NCBI GenBank assembly: GCA_013203955.1
Contig: JABMOY010000140.1
Location: 1,362 to 65,361 of the forward strand
Length of the DNA stretch: 64,000 bases
Direction: 5' to 3'
Source of the DNA: Rhodospirillales bacterium
GTDB lineage: Bacteria > Pseudomonadota > Alphaproteobacteria > Rhodospirillales > Casp-alpha2
Shown here one piece after another: positions 20,106 through 30,043 of the stretch (positions within the stretch are counted from its first letter, which is position 1; the number at the start of each line of letters is the position of its first letter). The translations under genes were made by a program, and so were the position numbers. The notes beneath the pieces are model-generated. The model was not told where the DNA came from. It worked only from the letters and a program-made list of their open reading frames with translations, and ran no database searches.

Positions 20106-20819
20106 CTACCGAAACAAGTTGTAGCGGATAATGCAGATGATTACCCGGATGCCGTCCTGCCAGCCGATCTTCTTACCCTCATCGTAAGTGCGCCCGGCAT
20201 AGCGGATGCCGACTTCGAAAATGCGGGGCGTCGGTTTGAGGTGGCTGACCTTGGCGGTGATTTCCGGGTCGAATCCGAAGCGCGGCTCATTCAGCGTTAT
20301 CTGCTGCAAAAGCTCGCGGCGGAAAACCTTGTAACAGGTTTCCATGTCCGTGAGGCTGAGATCGGTCATCATATTCGACAGCAAGGTCAGGAAACGGTTG
20401 CCGACGCTGTGCCAGAAAAACAATACCCGCTGGCTTTCGAACCCCCTGAATCGCGACCCGTATACGACATCTGCCTTGCCCGACAGGATCGGCTGCAGCA
20501 GCTTTGCGTATTCGTCCGGGTCGTATTCCAGGTCGGCGTCCTGAACAATGACAATGTCGCCGGTGGCGGCGTCGAATCCAGTGCTGACGGCGGCGCCCTT
20601 TCCCTGGTTGTGATCAAGCTTGAGCATCTTGATGCGGGAGTCGTCTTTGCCAAGGCCCTCGATGATTTCAAGGGAATGGTCCTTTGACCCGTCATCAACG
20701 ATGACGACCTCAAGCTCCAACCCGCAGGTATCGGCGGCCAGCACCCGCCCGACCAGGGCCTCGATGGTGGCTTCCTCGTTGAAGCAGGGGATGACGACAC
20801 TCAGGCTTTTGAACGACAT
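20106..20819 (-). CDS. Glycosyltransferase family 2 (polyprenyl-phosphate sugar synthase-like), tandem paralogue
   Basis: 237 aa. VVIPCFNEE, IVDDGSKD, QDADLEYDP, GRTYDEGKKI. Collinear with 19381-20088 along the whole length. Confidence 0.85.
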   Translation of the reverse strand: MSFKSLSVVIPCFNEEATIEALVGRVLAADTCGLELEVVIVDDGSKDHSLEIIEGLGKDDSRIKMLKLDHNQGKGAAVSTGFDAATGDIVIVQDADLEYDPDEYAKLLQPILSGKADVVYGSRFRGFESQRVLFFWHSVGNRFLTLLSNMMTDLSLTDMETCYKVFRRELLQQITLNEPRFGFDPEITAKVSHLKPTPRIFEVGIRYAGRTYDEGKKIGWQDGIRVIICIIRYNLFR

Positions 20820-20865
20820 GCGCCATTCCTAGAGGGTTTTTCCGGTGGTGGCAATCGGTGGCCCG

Positions 20866-22752
20866 TCACTTGCGACAGCTTTCATACTTAAGCCGTAAAA
20901 GATCGAAAGTCTGCGTCCGTTGGCGCAGGGCGGGAAGCGTTCTCGACTTCATCCGCTTAGTTTTGAACCGCCGCACTCGTTCCAGGCACCCCATGCGGTA
21001 AAGAAGGTGCATGGGCTTTTGATAGGCTTCCGGCGACCCTTCGGGCTGTCGGAGCAGAAGGAAGTGAGTGATCCCTGCCGCCCTGGCCTGCCGGTAAAGA
21101 GTGTCGCCGTCGGTGACTTCGGCCCGGGCGTCGATGGCCGCCTGCATGGTCGATCCGAACAGGCTTGGCACCTTCAGGTAATATTTAAGTTGCCGTTCGA
21201 GGTGCAGGACCCGGTCTGTTTTTCCAAGGTTGGCGTTGATCCAGGGTACCGGGGAAAAGGCGTTGACGTTGCGCATCAAGAAAGCCTTCCGGGTTTCGCC
21301 GTTTGTCAGGTATTGAAGGTAGTTGATCCCGAATGCCCCCTGCCCGGCCATCTGCGCCAGTACCGTTACCACGGTGGCGCCGATAAGGGGCGCCCGGCAG
21401 GGTTTGTTTTCGCTCCACCGGATGGCGGCCACGGTGAAGCAAATCAAAAACAGCGGCAATACTGGAATTAGGTGCCTGATCCTTTGCGACCCACCGCCGA
21501 CAAACCAGGCAACATAAAACAACAAGGACAAGATGGCATAAGTCAAAAGCGGCCCGCGCCGGATGCGGGCCCGAAATTGCCAAACGCCAAGCGCTACAAA
21601 GGGCAGCAACAAAAGCCCGTAGGGGCCGAAACCGACGCGCCCTGTATCGGGTAGCCAGACAAGTCCAAGGGTGGCGGCGAAGGGATAGAAAACCAGCGAC
21701 CACGGCGTGCGGGCCAACGGCGCTTCGCTGCCGAAATAGGCCTGCTTGAAGATCAGGTCGTGGGCCTTCGGCCACAATGCTAGGTCATCCTGACCGAGCC
21801 ATTGAAACAGCATGGGGAACACTGGGTCGCCCGTATGCACGGCGTTCCAGGCATACCACTGAAATCCGGCGGCGAGCAGCGCCAGCCCAAAGGCGGCGCC
21901 ATGGACTAGCCAGCGGCGCTGGCAAACCAACACCAGCCCGGATCCGGCGGCGAACAGAAGGCCCGTATACTTGGCGGCCATGAAAAAACCGGCGCCCAAT
22001 CCCGCTAAAAGAGCATATTTGGCATGGCCTGTTTCGAAGGCCCGGGTCATGGCCCATGCGGTGAGCATGACGAAAAGCGCTGCCCGGGTTTCGATCTGTC
22101 CGGAGCCGCCACCGTAAATGACTGCCGGAACGGTCAGGAAGACAAGCGCCACGGTCAGCGACCAATTGACGCCTAAGTGAGCGCGGCACAAAACGTACAA
22201 CAGCGCCGCCGCCGCCCATCCGCTGATTAGCGTCCAAAACGTCAGCCCCATCTCGCCGCCCAGGGCCAATGCCGGGACATAGGTCATATGGATACCGAAG
22301 GGAATGGAGCCGTTAAGTGGCTGCAGAATAAAATTGATGCGCCCCGCCGCCAGAAATTCCTGGGGCCTGGCAAAGTGATAACCCAGCGTATCGGCATCGG
22401 CGGGCGGCGCTAGGGCTTCCAAAACATCAAAAACAAAAACAATGCCGAGAAGAATAATCAAGACCCGGCCCATAAAATCCAAACGAGGCCAGGTGATTTG
22501 TTTTAAGGAAGGCTTCAACAAGATTACGCCCAAGGCCCCCGCAACAAGGAGAATCAGTAACGGCGCATCAGAAAGAAACCCGCTAATGCCGATGGGAAAA
22601 ATCAACCAGCCCAGAAGGCCAAAACCCGCAGCGAAGGAAAGGGCCCAGTGTTCAGGCGCTTTCAGTTCGCCGTCAATCCCGAGAACTCGCATGGCGGCGG
22701 CCCCTAATCCTAAGCAGCAGAGTGCCTCAAGCAGGGCTGCAAAAATCGCCAT
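20866..22752 (-). CDS. Polytopic membrane protein, GT-C-like (ArnT/PMT_2-type glycosyltransferase or polymerase)
   Basis: 628 aa. More than ten hydrophobic helices in the first three quarters, then a soluble C-terminal domain. Lies immediately upstream of two polyprenyl-P-sugar-synthase-like GT2 genes. Confidence 0.65.
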   Translation of the reverse strand: MAIFAALLEALCCLGLGAAAMRVLGIDGELKAPEHWALSFAAGFGLLGWLIFPIGISGFLSDAPLLILLVAGALGVILLKPSLKQITWPRLDFMGRVLIILLGIVFVFDVLEALAPPADADTLGYHFARPQEFLAAGRINFILQPLNGSIPFGIHMTYVPALALGGEMGLTFWTLISGWAAAALLYVLCRAHLGVNWSLTVALVFLTVPAVIYGGGSGQIETRAALFVMLTAWAMTRAFETGHAKYALLAGLGAGFFMAAKYTGLLFAAGSGLVLVCQRRWLVHGAAFGLALLAAGFQWYAWNAVHTGDPVFPMLFQWLGQDDLALWPKAHDLIFKQAYFGSEAPLARTPWSLVFYPFAATLGLVWLPDTGRVGFGPYGLLLLPFVALGVWQFRARIRRGPLLTYAILSLLFYVAWFVGGGSQRIRHLIPVLPLFLICFTVAAIRWSENKPCRAPLIGATVVTVLAQMAGQGAFGINYLQYLTNGETRKAFLMRNVNAFSPVPWINANLGKTDRVLHLERQLKYYLKVPSLFGSTMQAAIDARAEVTDGDTLYRQARAAGITHFLLLRQPEGSPEAYQKPMHLLYRMGCLERVRRFKTKRMKSRTLPALRQRTQTFDLLRLKYESCRK

Positions 22753-22866
22753 CAGTTAAGCCCCAACAAGGCCAGGATCGGTCTGGCAAAGTCTCTAAAC
22801 TGGTAGCCATAGGCCAACGTCACTACCCCGACCCAAAGCCAAAGAAACCGGCTTGTGAGTTTTCCC

Positions 22867-23805
22867 CTATCCATCGTGGGCGCTCAAGAAATCCCGACGT
22901 TGGGTTGGGAGAAGGAAAAGAGCTTTTATTGTCATGCCCAGTATCCGAAACGGAAACAGCCCTGCCGTCAACAGAAGGTTGGTGATATTTCCGCGCTTTC
23001 TGTGGGCTCGAAAGGCTTCCCGGTGAAGGGCCAGAATTCTGAACCATAAATTCAACAGCGCCGACCCGGGACGGCTCTCCAGGTCTGGAAAATATCGCAG
23101 GGCGATTTCGAGCGTGCAATGAAGCCGGCGGTTTGTGTGACTCATGATGCCCCCGGGAGTGATGTGATAACGCAACAAAGGTTCACCGAAAACCAGGAAC
23201 GGCGTTTCCGGTTCCCGCAGCAAGGCCAGCCACAAATCGAAATCCTGGGCGTTCGCTAAGCTGGGATCGAACCCGCCGACAGAAACGACCGCGTCGCGGC
23301 GGGTAACGACGCTGGAACTGGGGATATAGCCCTTCCGGTAGAGGCCGATAAAGGGGTCTTGGGTTTCCTTGAAGCGGCGAACGCAATCATGGTGGACGGC
23401 CTGATCCCCCTCGCCGGTTATGTAGTCGTGGGCGACGAGGACAAAATCGCTTCCTTCCATGAACGCCATTGAGCGCTCCAGCTTTTCCGGAAGCCACTCA
23501 TCATCGGCGTCCAGAAAGGCCAGATAAGGCTGGTTGGATTCGGCGATGGCTCTGTTGCGGGCCGCGCCGGCGCCTTGATGATCTTGGCGGATGACTTTCA
23601 GGCCGATGCCGCCCATCTCCGGACCCAGACTTTCGGCTTTTTCGAACGTGCCGTCTTCGGAGCCGTCATCGACGATAATCACTTCCCGAGGCTTTAGGGT
23701 TTGCGTGGTAATACTGGCCAGCGTCCGGCCAATTGTATCGACCGCCTGATAGGCAGGCATGATGACGCTGATGTTTGCGAATTCGGGGGCGAACTCAGGC
23801 GGCAT
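22867..23805 (-). CDS. Glycosyltransferase family 2
   Basis: ISVIMPAYQ, IIVDDGSEDGT, LDADDEW (DxD). The track start at 23862 would overlap asnB by 68 nt. ATG 23805 (MPPEFAPEF) overlaps by 11 nt and keeps the GT2 N-terminus intact. Confidence 0.8.
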   Translation of the reverse strand: MPPEFAPEFANISVIMPAYQAVDTIGRTLASITTQTLKPREVIIVDDGSEDGTFEKAESLGPEMGGIGLKVIRQDHQGAGAARNRAIAESNQPYLAFLDADDEWLPEKLERSMAFMEGSDFVLVAHDYITGEGDQAVHHDCVRRFKETQDPFIGLYRKGYIPSSSVVTRRDAVVSVGGFDPSLANAQDFDLWLALLREPETPFLVFGEPLLRYHITPGGIMSHTNRRLHCTLEIALRYFPDLESRPGSALLNLWFRILALHREAFRAHRKRGNITNLLLTAGLFPFRILGMTIKALFLLPTQRRDFLSAHDG

Positions 23806-25699
23806 CGGCCAAGTCTTCCAAGCTGGGCAGGCTTTCCACCGGCCCTGTCGGGCGTTCGACATGGATGCGCACGCAAAGCTCCAACATCAACAGGGTATAG
23901 ACCCTGAAACCGTGACGGTCCGGGTTGGCCAGCAGCTTGTCTATCCCGGCCTTGGTCCACCAGCCCCGTTCAAGCGTTGCTGGGCGGGTCAGGATGCGCT
24001 TAGCCAACGGACCCAACCCTGCTTTCATCCAGGCCGGCACTGGCGACGCAAAACCCTGCTTCGGTGCGTTGAGAACGGCGTCGGGCAGATAGCGGGCGGC
24101 CATGGCGCGTTCCAGGGCTTTATGCCGGCCCCCGGGCGTGCGGATAGAGGGCGGCACGGCGAGCGCTGCCTCGACCAGCCGGTGATCGAGGAACGGCACC
24201 CGGCCCTCGACGCCAACGGCCATGGTTGTGCGGTCCAGCAACGTCAACAGGTCGTCCGGCAGATAGGTGCAAAGGTCGGCGTAAAGCGCCGCCGATTGGG
24301 CGGGCCCGGCAAAAGAATTTTTATATTCCGAAAAATACCGGGCTTGTGCGGGTTCCGGAAGGGGCTGGCGGTTGCCCACTAGGTCGCGGACGGGTGCCGG
24401 AAAATGGGTCGAGTGTTCGTGAATGTAGGCGCCCCGGTCATGGTCGAATTTCCCGGCCCGGTTCAATTGCCATGCGCGCATGGGCGAAAGATTTTTCATC
24501 ATAGGGTCAATGAGGCCGTAGCGAAGCCAACCGGGCAGGTGCAAGTAATGGGCTTCGATCGGCAGTTGAAAATAACGACCGTAGCCGGCGAACAATTCGT
24601 CGCCGCCGGTGCCGTTGAGCACCACCTTCATGTGGTGGCCCAATTCCTGCTCGATAAGATAATTAGGCAGCATTGCCGCGTCGTTCAGCGGCTCGTCCGA
24701 AAACCACGCCAAACGGGGCAGATATTCGGCAACGGAACCCGCCGGTACGGTCAAGTTGGTGTGGTGGGTGCCGTAGCGCTCGGCGACACTTTTGGCCAGG
24801 GGAGCTTCGTTAACGCTAGCGCCTCCGAAGCTGACGGTGAAGGTATTAAGCGGCCCGGACGACGCATGCGCCGCCAAGGCGACCATCAATCCGGAATCAA
24901 TGCCGCCCGATAACAGCGCGGCGACAGGCACGTCGCTTCGGAGCTGTAAGCGAACGCTGTCTTCAAGAAGCTCGATCAAGTGGTCTTCTATCTCGGCCGC
25001 CGTTTCGGGGAGATCATCGGCCGGCTTGGCGCGCCAATAGCGCCGTTGGCCGATGGCGCCGTCGGCATCCACGGTCATCATATAGCCGGGCGCCAGTTTT
25101 TGGATGCCCGCATATAAAGTCGTCGGCGCCGGCACGTAACCGTGGGACAGATACAGAGAAACCGCGTCTTCGTTGACGGCGGGATTGATTAGGCCGGAAG
25201 CAAAAATCGCCTTGATCTCGGATGCGAAGATGACGCCGCCGCCGGGTAACGCAGCCCAATACAGCGGCTTCACGCCCACCCGGTCGCGGACCAGAGTCAG
25301 CCGGTGGATACTTTGGTCGTAGAGCGCTAGGGCGAACATGCCGTTGAGTTTATTGACAAAATCATCGCCCAACCGTGCCGCCAGCGGCAGCACGACTTCC
25401 ATATCGCCGCTGGTTTTGTAGGGGTAGGCGGGTTCTTCTGTGCGCAGTTCCCGGTAATTGTAAATTTCGCCGTTGCCCATCAGCACCCGTTTGCCGCCAT
25501 CCTCGGCAATGGGCTGGTCGCCGGTTTCAAGGTCGATGATGGCGAGCCGCAAAAACCCAGCCTGATAACGGCGGTCCTGGGAAATAAACCGGCCCTCGCC
25601 GTCGGGACCGCGATGGCCCATCACTTTAAGAATGGCGTCCAGGTCGGCCTGTAGCGGGGCGACGTTCTTGGGAAAAAATAATCCGGCCAGACCACACAT
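23795..25699 (-). CDS. Asparagine synthase (glutamine-hydrolysing) family amidotransferase
   Basis: An Ntn Cys2 start (MCGLAG) requires the ATG at 25699, not 25735. PP-loop LLSGGIDSG is present. Length and order are typical of AsnB-like enzymes in O-antigen loci. Confidence 0.9.
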   Translation of the reverse strand: MCGLAGLFFPKNVAPLQADLDAILKVMGHRGPDGEGRFISQDRRYQAGFLRLAIIDLETGDQPIAEDGGKRVLMGNGEIYNYRELRTEEPAYPYKTSGDMEVVLPLAARLGDDFVNKLNGMFALALYDQSIHRLTLVRDRVGVKPLYWAALPGGGVIFASEIKAIFASGLINPAVNEDAVSLYLSHGYVPAPTTLYAGIQKLAPGYMMTVDADGAIGQRRYWRAKPADDLPETAAEIEDHLIELLEDSVRLQLRSDVPVAALLSGGIDSGLMVALAAHASSGPLNTFTVSFGGASVNEAPLAKSVAERYGTHHTNLTVPAGSVAEYLPRLAWFSDEPLNDAAMLPNYLIEQELGHHMKVVLNGTGGDELFAGYGRYFQLPIEAHYLHLPGWLRYGLIDPMMKNLSPMRAWQLNRAGKFDHDRGAYIHEHSTHFPAPVRDLVGNRQPLPEPAQARYFSEYKNSFAGPAQSAALYADLCTYLPDDLLTLLDRTTMAVGVEGRVPFLDHRLVEAALAVPPSIRTPGGRHKALERAMAARYLPDAVLNAPKQGFASPVPAWMKAGLGPLAKRILTRPATLERGWWTKAGIDKLLANPDRHGFRVYTLLMLELCVRIHVERPTGPVESLPSLEDLADAA

Positions 25700-25701
25700 T
25701 T

Positions 25702-27420
25702 TCAGAGCACCTCGAGCCGGATTTCGCCGGACCACGGCAAGGTCGCCTTGTCAGTGAAATCGATGGCGTATCCAGGCTTGCCGTTGCCGTAGGCTCGCCA
25801 CAGGGTTGTTTTGGAAACCACCGGTGCCGTGTCCGGGGAATTTAGGTGAAATGTCTTGTTGCCACCTTTTAGGATAATGCCGCCGGCCCCGGCCTCGGCG
25901 TCAAGCGGCGTCACCAATCTTCGGGTGAGGGAATGGGAGCCGTCGCCTTCAAGGCTGTCATTAAGAACCATGGCGTTTTCCGTGAATCGCCATTGCCGCC
26001 TTAGTGCGCCGACGCCCTTCAACCGTTGAAAGCCCTGATGAACAACCACCACTTCGTCGCCACCGCCGGTTATTTCCGGTGGCGGGCCGGCGATGTCCCG
26101 GCGGAAGGCGTCGTCGTAATAAGGCTTGTTGACGGGGTAGGATTCGGCGCCATCGATGGTCAAGGTATTGTGAACCAAAGATGAACGGTAATGGGTGGCC
26201 TCTCCGTTTTCGCCATATTTGCCTCGTCCCGGATCGACGAATACCGGCAAGTCATGGAAATGAAGTTCGAAGCCGCCGGCATCCTGGTGGCCGTGCCCCG
26301 GTGAATGGGACCAGCCGCCGGGCGCCGTATGCCACAGTCCGGCCCAAGGCCCATGTCTCAACCGCAACCAGCCGTCCGCCAATAGCGCCTCGGCGTTGGC
26401 GGGTCCGACATCGGCAATCAACGCCGACAAAGCCGCCCGGTCGTCCTTGGGCAATTGGCGCATCCAGCCTATTTCGGCGCCGGTTAGCCCCAGCAAAAAT
26501 TCAGGTGGGCAGTCCGGCGAGGCGTCACCGATAATCGGCAGGCCTCCGGGCAAGACCAGCCAGGGAATGACCGACAGCGCCCTTTCCGTAATGTCGCGAA
26601 GGGCTCCTTCCTCGGCCCGGCCATGTCGTCGCGCCGCCAGCCAGGCGTCGGCGTAATTGCGGGTCAACAGAAAATGATAATGGCTCGATCCTTCGCGCAG
26701 CATGCCTGACGGCAGGAAGATGCGCTTGGCTTCTTCCTCAAGGATTTTCGCCCCCGTATCCGCCGCCCATTCGAGTCCCAGGGCGAGGCCCAGACGGTAA
26801 AGCCCGCGTCCGTTGTTGGACAAATGGTTGGATGTGTTGTGGTCGCCGAAATATTCAAGCCGACCCTGGATGGCGTTCGCATGGCGGGCCAGCAGGGTTA
26901 AGGTTTCATCGACCGGGTCGGGCAATCCTTTGTTTAACGCCAAGTCTAAAATATTGATGACGCGTTCGGTCGCCGTATAAGGATGCCAGGCCCAGCTTTT
27001 GTCGGGTTCGGAAAAAGTCTTCCGCCATTGGTCCCACAACGCCTGTACCCAGGACGCCGTATTACCGCCGCCCGCTACCAGCGGGACCCAGGCGAAGCGA
27101 TGGAGCGCCAGCAAGGTTTCGATGTCATCGAAGGTACGGCTGAACACATTCGTCTCGTCTCCGGGTTTCAGTTCTAGGATAGTTCCGGCGAGGGGCAATT
27201 TGATCGGACCCGTGGGCGGCGGCGATGTCAGCGACCTAAAAGCAATCGGCGGGGCAGGAGGTGAGGCCGGCGTTGCCGAATAGTCCTTTAGATAAGACGG
27301 CCGATGTGCCGTGAACGCCAAAGGGCCGCGAACGCCGCCAGTGACGCGCCGCCATAACCAGTTCCGGAGCACCGGGTCGGAGGCCGCCTGCCGGGTTTTG
27401 CGGATGAGTCCGTTAATCAA
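25702..27420 (-). CDS. Heparinase II/III-like family protein
   Basis: 572 aa. The C-terminal HSPGHGHQDAGGFELHF block is typical of the heparinase II/III-like domain. The track start is TTG at 27420, so the true start is uncertain. Confidence 0.7.
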   Translation of the reverse strand: MINGLIRKTRQAASDPVLRNWLWRRVTGGVRGPLAFTAHRPSYLKDYSATPASPPAPPIAFRSLTSPPPTGPIKLPLAGTILELKPGDETNVFSRTFDDIETLLALHRFAWVPLVAGGGNTASWVQALWDQWRKTFSEPDKSWAWHPYTATERVINILDLALNKGLPDPVDETLTLLARHANAIQGRLEYFGDHNTSNHLSNNGRGLYRLGLALGLEWAADTGAKILEEEAKRIFLPSGMLREGSSHYHFLLTRNYADAWLAARRHGRAEEGALRDITERALSVIPWLVLPGGLPIIGDASPDCPPEFLLGLTGAEIGWMRQLPKDDRAALSALIADVGPANAEALLADGWLRLRHGPWAGLWHTAPGGWSHSPGHGHQDAGGFELHFHDLPVFVDPGRGKYGENGEATHYRSSLVHNTLTIDGAESYPVNKPYYDDAFRRDIAGPPPEITGGGDEVVVVHQGFQRLKGVGALRRQWRFTENAMVLNDSLEGDGSHSLTRRLVTPLDAEAGAGGIILKGGNKTFHLNSPDTAPVVSKTTLWRAYGNGKPGYAIDFTDKATLPWSGEIRLEVL

Positions 27421-27488
27421 TGAAATTTCTCAAAAAAACGTGTTTGTCAAAGACATGCCGTAGGGGCAAGTGTTATAGGGAGCGAGTC
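27421..27488. promoter_or_regulatory. Short divergent intergenic region with the SD for the plus-strand methyltransferase
   Basis: AGGGAG at 27477-27482, 6 nt before ATG 27489. This is the only strand switch inside the glycan locus. Confidence 0.35.
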
Positions 27489-28394
27489 ATGAGCGATTTA
27501 GCAGGAAAACAAGATATCCAGGCGTTTTGGGGAGCTCTTTACGACTCTCTCTATGACGGCACCACCGATGTATCCAAGGAACAATTGCTGGAAAGCATCG
27601 ATGCCATGGAAGACATGTTCCGGTTACGCGGCCATATGGCGGTGGCCGACATGTCGCTCATGGATATTTCGGGCTTGCGGGTTCTCGAAATCGGCCCTGG
27701 CGCCGGCGGCCATTCGGCCATGTTCGCGCGCCACGGCGCTATTGTCACTGCCATCGACATCACCCAAGCTCGCGCCGAAGCGACGGCGGCGAAGTTCGCC
27801 CTTTTGGGCGATGACGCCCGGGGCTGTCGGGCCATGCAGGGCGATGCGGAAAACCTGCCCTTTGCCGATGGCGTTTTCGATATCGTTTATTCAAACGGTG
27901 TCCTGCACCACACCACGTCGACGGAAAAGGCCATGGACCAAGTCTATAGGGTTCTGAAGCCAGGCGGCCGGGCGGTGATCATGCTCTATTGCAAAAGTTC
28001 GTGGCATTACTGGATCAATATGTGGCTTTGCGTGGGAATCTTGATGGGCCGCGCCTTTGGCGGCGCCAACTGGCTCGGTCGTGCCACCGAATGGGGCGGT
28101 AAGGACGAGCAGACCATGGAAAATCCGATCACGCGGTGTTACTCAGGCGGTGGCGTCCGCCGCCTGTTTCACCGCTTCCGGGATGTGCGCATGCGGAAGG
28201 CCGAATTTTATTTCTACCTGATCCCGAAACTGGGTCGGATTTACCGTCGGTTTCAGATCAAGCGCTATGGCGTCCATCCCGGCGGCATCCTGGTTTACGG
28301 TGAACCGTGGCCCAAGCAATCACCGTTGGAATTTTGGCTCGGCCGTTTCATCGGCTGGTCATGGTTTATTACCGCCGAAAAACCCGAGAATTAA
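27489..28394 (+). CDS. Class I SAM-dependent methyltransferase
   Basis: Motif I VLEIGPGAGGHSAMF, then DIVYSNGVLHH and LKPGGRAVIM. ATG 27489 is preferred over the track start at 27420 because of the SD. Confidence 0.8.
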   Translation: MSDLAGKQDIQAFWGALYDSLYDGTTDVSKEQLLESIDAMEDMFRLRGHMAVADMSLMDISGLRVLEIGPGAGGHSAMFARHGAIVTAIDITQARAEATAAKFALLGDDARGCRAMQGDAENLPFADGVFDIVYSNGVLHHTTSTEKAMDQVYRVLKPGGRAVIMLYCKSSWHYWINMWLCVGILMGRAFGGANWLGRATEWGGKDEQTMENPITRCYSGGGVRRLFHRFRDVRMRKAEFYFYLIPKLGRIYRRFQIKRYGVHPGGILVYGEPWPKQSPLEFWLGRFIGWSWFITAEKPEN

Positions 28395-29348
28395 TTACCA
28401 AGCACCCGGCGGAAAGACCCCGAGTTCAGGGATCTGATTGTTGTCCAACCCGTCAATGGCGGCGCGCCCCATGGCAAGGATTGCCTCTTCGGCGCTGCCG
28501 CCGATATGTGGCGTAACGATAAAATTTGATAGCTGTAATAACCCCTGGTCGTCGGGGGGCTCCACGGCGAACACGTCCAGCGCGGCGCCGGCGAGGCGGC
28601 CTTCCGTTAGCGCCGCCTTCAAGGCGCCTTCGTCAACCAGACCGCCGCGGGCGGCGTTAATCAGGACGGCGTCGGGCTTCATCAGGCACAATCGTTCGGC
28701 AGACAAAATGTTTTTCGTGCTGTCGTCGATGGGCAAGTGCAGGGTGACGATGTCGGAAGCTTTCAACAATTCTTCCAGGCCCATCGGCTCGACGCCGATC
28801 TCCCTATAGTAATCCGGGAAATCGAGAATATCGTGGGCCAACACCCGGCAGCCGAAGGCACGCAACAGAACGCCCAAGTCCTTGCCAACATGGCCGCAGC
28901 CGACAATACCGACGGTGCAGTCTGACAATTGACGTCCGATATGCTGGCGCCATGTTCCGTCCAGAACCTCCCGCCCGGCCTCAGGCGTGTGCCGCAGAAG
29001 CTGAACGGCGAAGGATATGACCAGCTCTGACACAGAGCGCTTGTTGGTGCCGCCGGTCCAGCCCAGCTTCACCTCGGCGGTAGCCATCGCTTTGAGATCT
29101 ATGGAATCGAACCCGACCCCGTATTTCGAGACCACCTTCAGTTCCGCCAAGGCGGCGAATACCCCGGCGTCGAGAACCTCTAGCGCCGTGATTGCTTTGT
29201 CGTGGCCGCGAAGGAAGTTGATCAATTCGTCCCCGGTGAGCTTCAGCCCGTCGTCGTTGAAGGTAACCTCGGGATAAACGGCGATCAGTTCTTGGCGTAG
29301 CACCGGATGGCGGGAAAACGACCGGGACGTGACGGCGATGCGGGTCAT
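28395..29348 (-). CDS. D-isomer-specific 2-hydroxyacid dehydrogenase (phosphoglycerate dehydrogenase-like)
   Basis: 317 aa. GIVGCGHVGKDLG (NAD site), ARGGLVDEGAL, DVFAVEPP, TPHIGGS. Confidence 0.85.
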   Translation of the reverse strand: MTRIAVTSRSFSRHPVLRQELIAVYPEVTFNDDGLKLTGDELINFLRGHDKAITALEVLDAGVFAALAELKVVSKYGVGFDSIDLKAMATAEVKLGWTGGTNKRSVSELVISFAVQLLRHTPEAGREVLDGTWRQHIGRQLSDCTVGIVGCGHVGKDLGVLLRAFGCRVLAHDILDFPDYYREIGVEPMGLEELLKASDIVTLHLPIDDSTKNILSAERLCLMKPDAVLINAARGGLVDEGALKAALTEGRLAGAALDVFAVEPPDDQGLLQLSNFIVTPHIGGSAEEAILAMGRAAIDGLDNNQIPELGVFPPGAW

Positions 29349-30043
29349 GCGCGCACCCCTAACCCGGCGATGTCATTGAGCGCCGTTTCTAAATCATCAA
29401 AATGGTCGATCAACGCGTCGGCGCCGAGATCTTCCAGCGGGCAGTGGGCATAACCGAAAGTCACGGCGACGGAACGTATGCCCGCATCTATGGCGGCGGA
29501 AATGTCGCTTTCGCTGTCGCCGACCATGGCCGCCGTTTCTCGGCTTTCGCCGAGCTGTTCGGCGACGAGCAGGATATGACGCCCGTCGGGCTTGCAGTGG
29601 GGTACCGCGTCGCCACAAGAAACGACATCGAAAAACCCGTCCAGCCCCATCGCCTCAAGCACCGGCGGTGTTGTCGCCGTCGGCTTGTTGGTACAGATGC
29701 CCATCTTGACGCCATCGGCTTGGAATTTTTCCAAGGCTTTCAGAACGCCGGGGAAAACCCGCGTATGATCGGCCGGATGGGCGGCGTAGGTTTCGAGAAA
29801 CCCTTGTAAGGCGTTGTCGACTTCGCCCTCTGTCCCGGCTTCTCCGGTCAATGCCAACGCCTTTTCCACCAACACCCGGCCGCCCCAGCCGACCATGCCT
29901 TTGGCTTCGGCGACGGTTAGGTCTCGCCGCCCTGCCGCAGACAACACCCGGTTTATGGAAGCGCAGACGTCGGGCACAGAATCAATCAGCGTGCCGTCGA
30001 GGTCGAAAATCAAGGCGCCAAAGGGAAATAAACGGTCGGTCAC
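29345..30043 (-). CDS. HAD-superfamily phosphatase (phosphoglycolate-phosphatase-like)
   Basis: DxDGT motif (LIFDLDGTLIDS), CTNKP, MVGDSESDI. An in-frame GTG at 30043 forms a GTGA overlap with the upstream stop. The track start at 30148 would overlap the upstream gene by 109 nt. Confidence 0.8.
   Translation of the reverse strand: MTDRLFPFGALIFDLDGTLIDSVPDVCASINRVLSAAGRRDLTVAEAKGMVGWGGRVLVEKALALTGEAGTEGEVDNALQGFLETYAAHPADHTRVFPGVLKALEKFQADGVKMGICTNKPTATTPPVLEAMGLDGFFDVVSCGDAVPHCKPDGRHILLVAEQLGESRETAAMVGDSESDISAAIDAGIRSVAVTFGYAHCPLEDLGADALIDHFDDLETALNDIAGLGVRA

Noticed and set aside
25700-25735. Upstream extensions of asnB (25735), the GT2 (23862), cysC (53762), the KdsB-like gene (31822), the HAD gene (30148) and the transketolase subunits (57357, 58220), as given by the longest-ORF track.
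   Set aside because: Each extension overlaps the upstream gene substantially and adds Arg-rich, non-family sequence. Internal starts give 4-nt overlaps or short gaps and restore canonical N-termini, for example Cys2 in AsnB.
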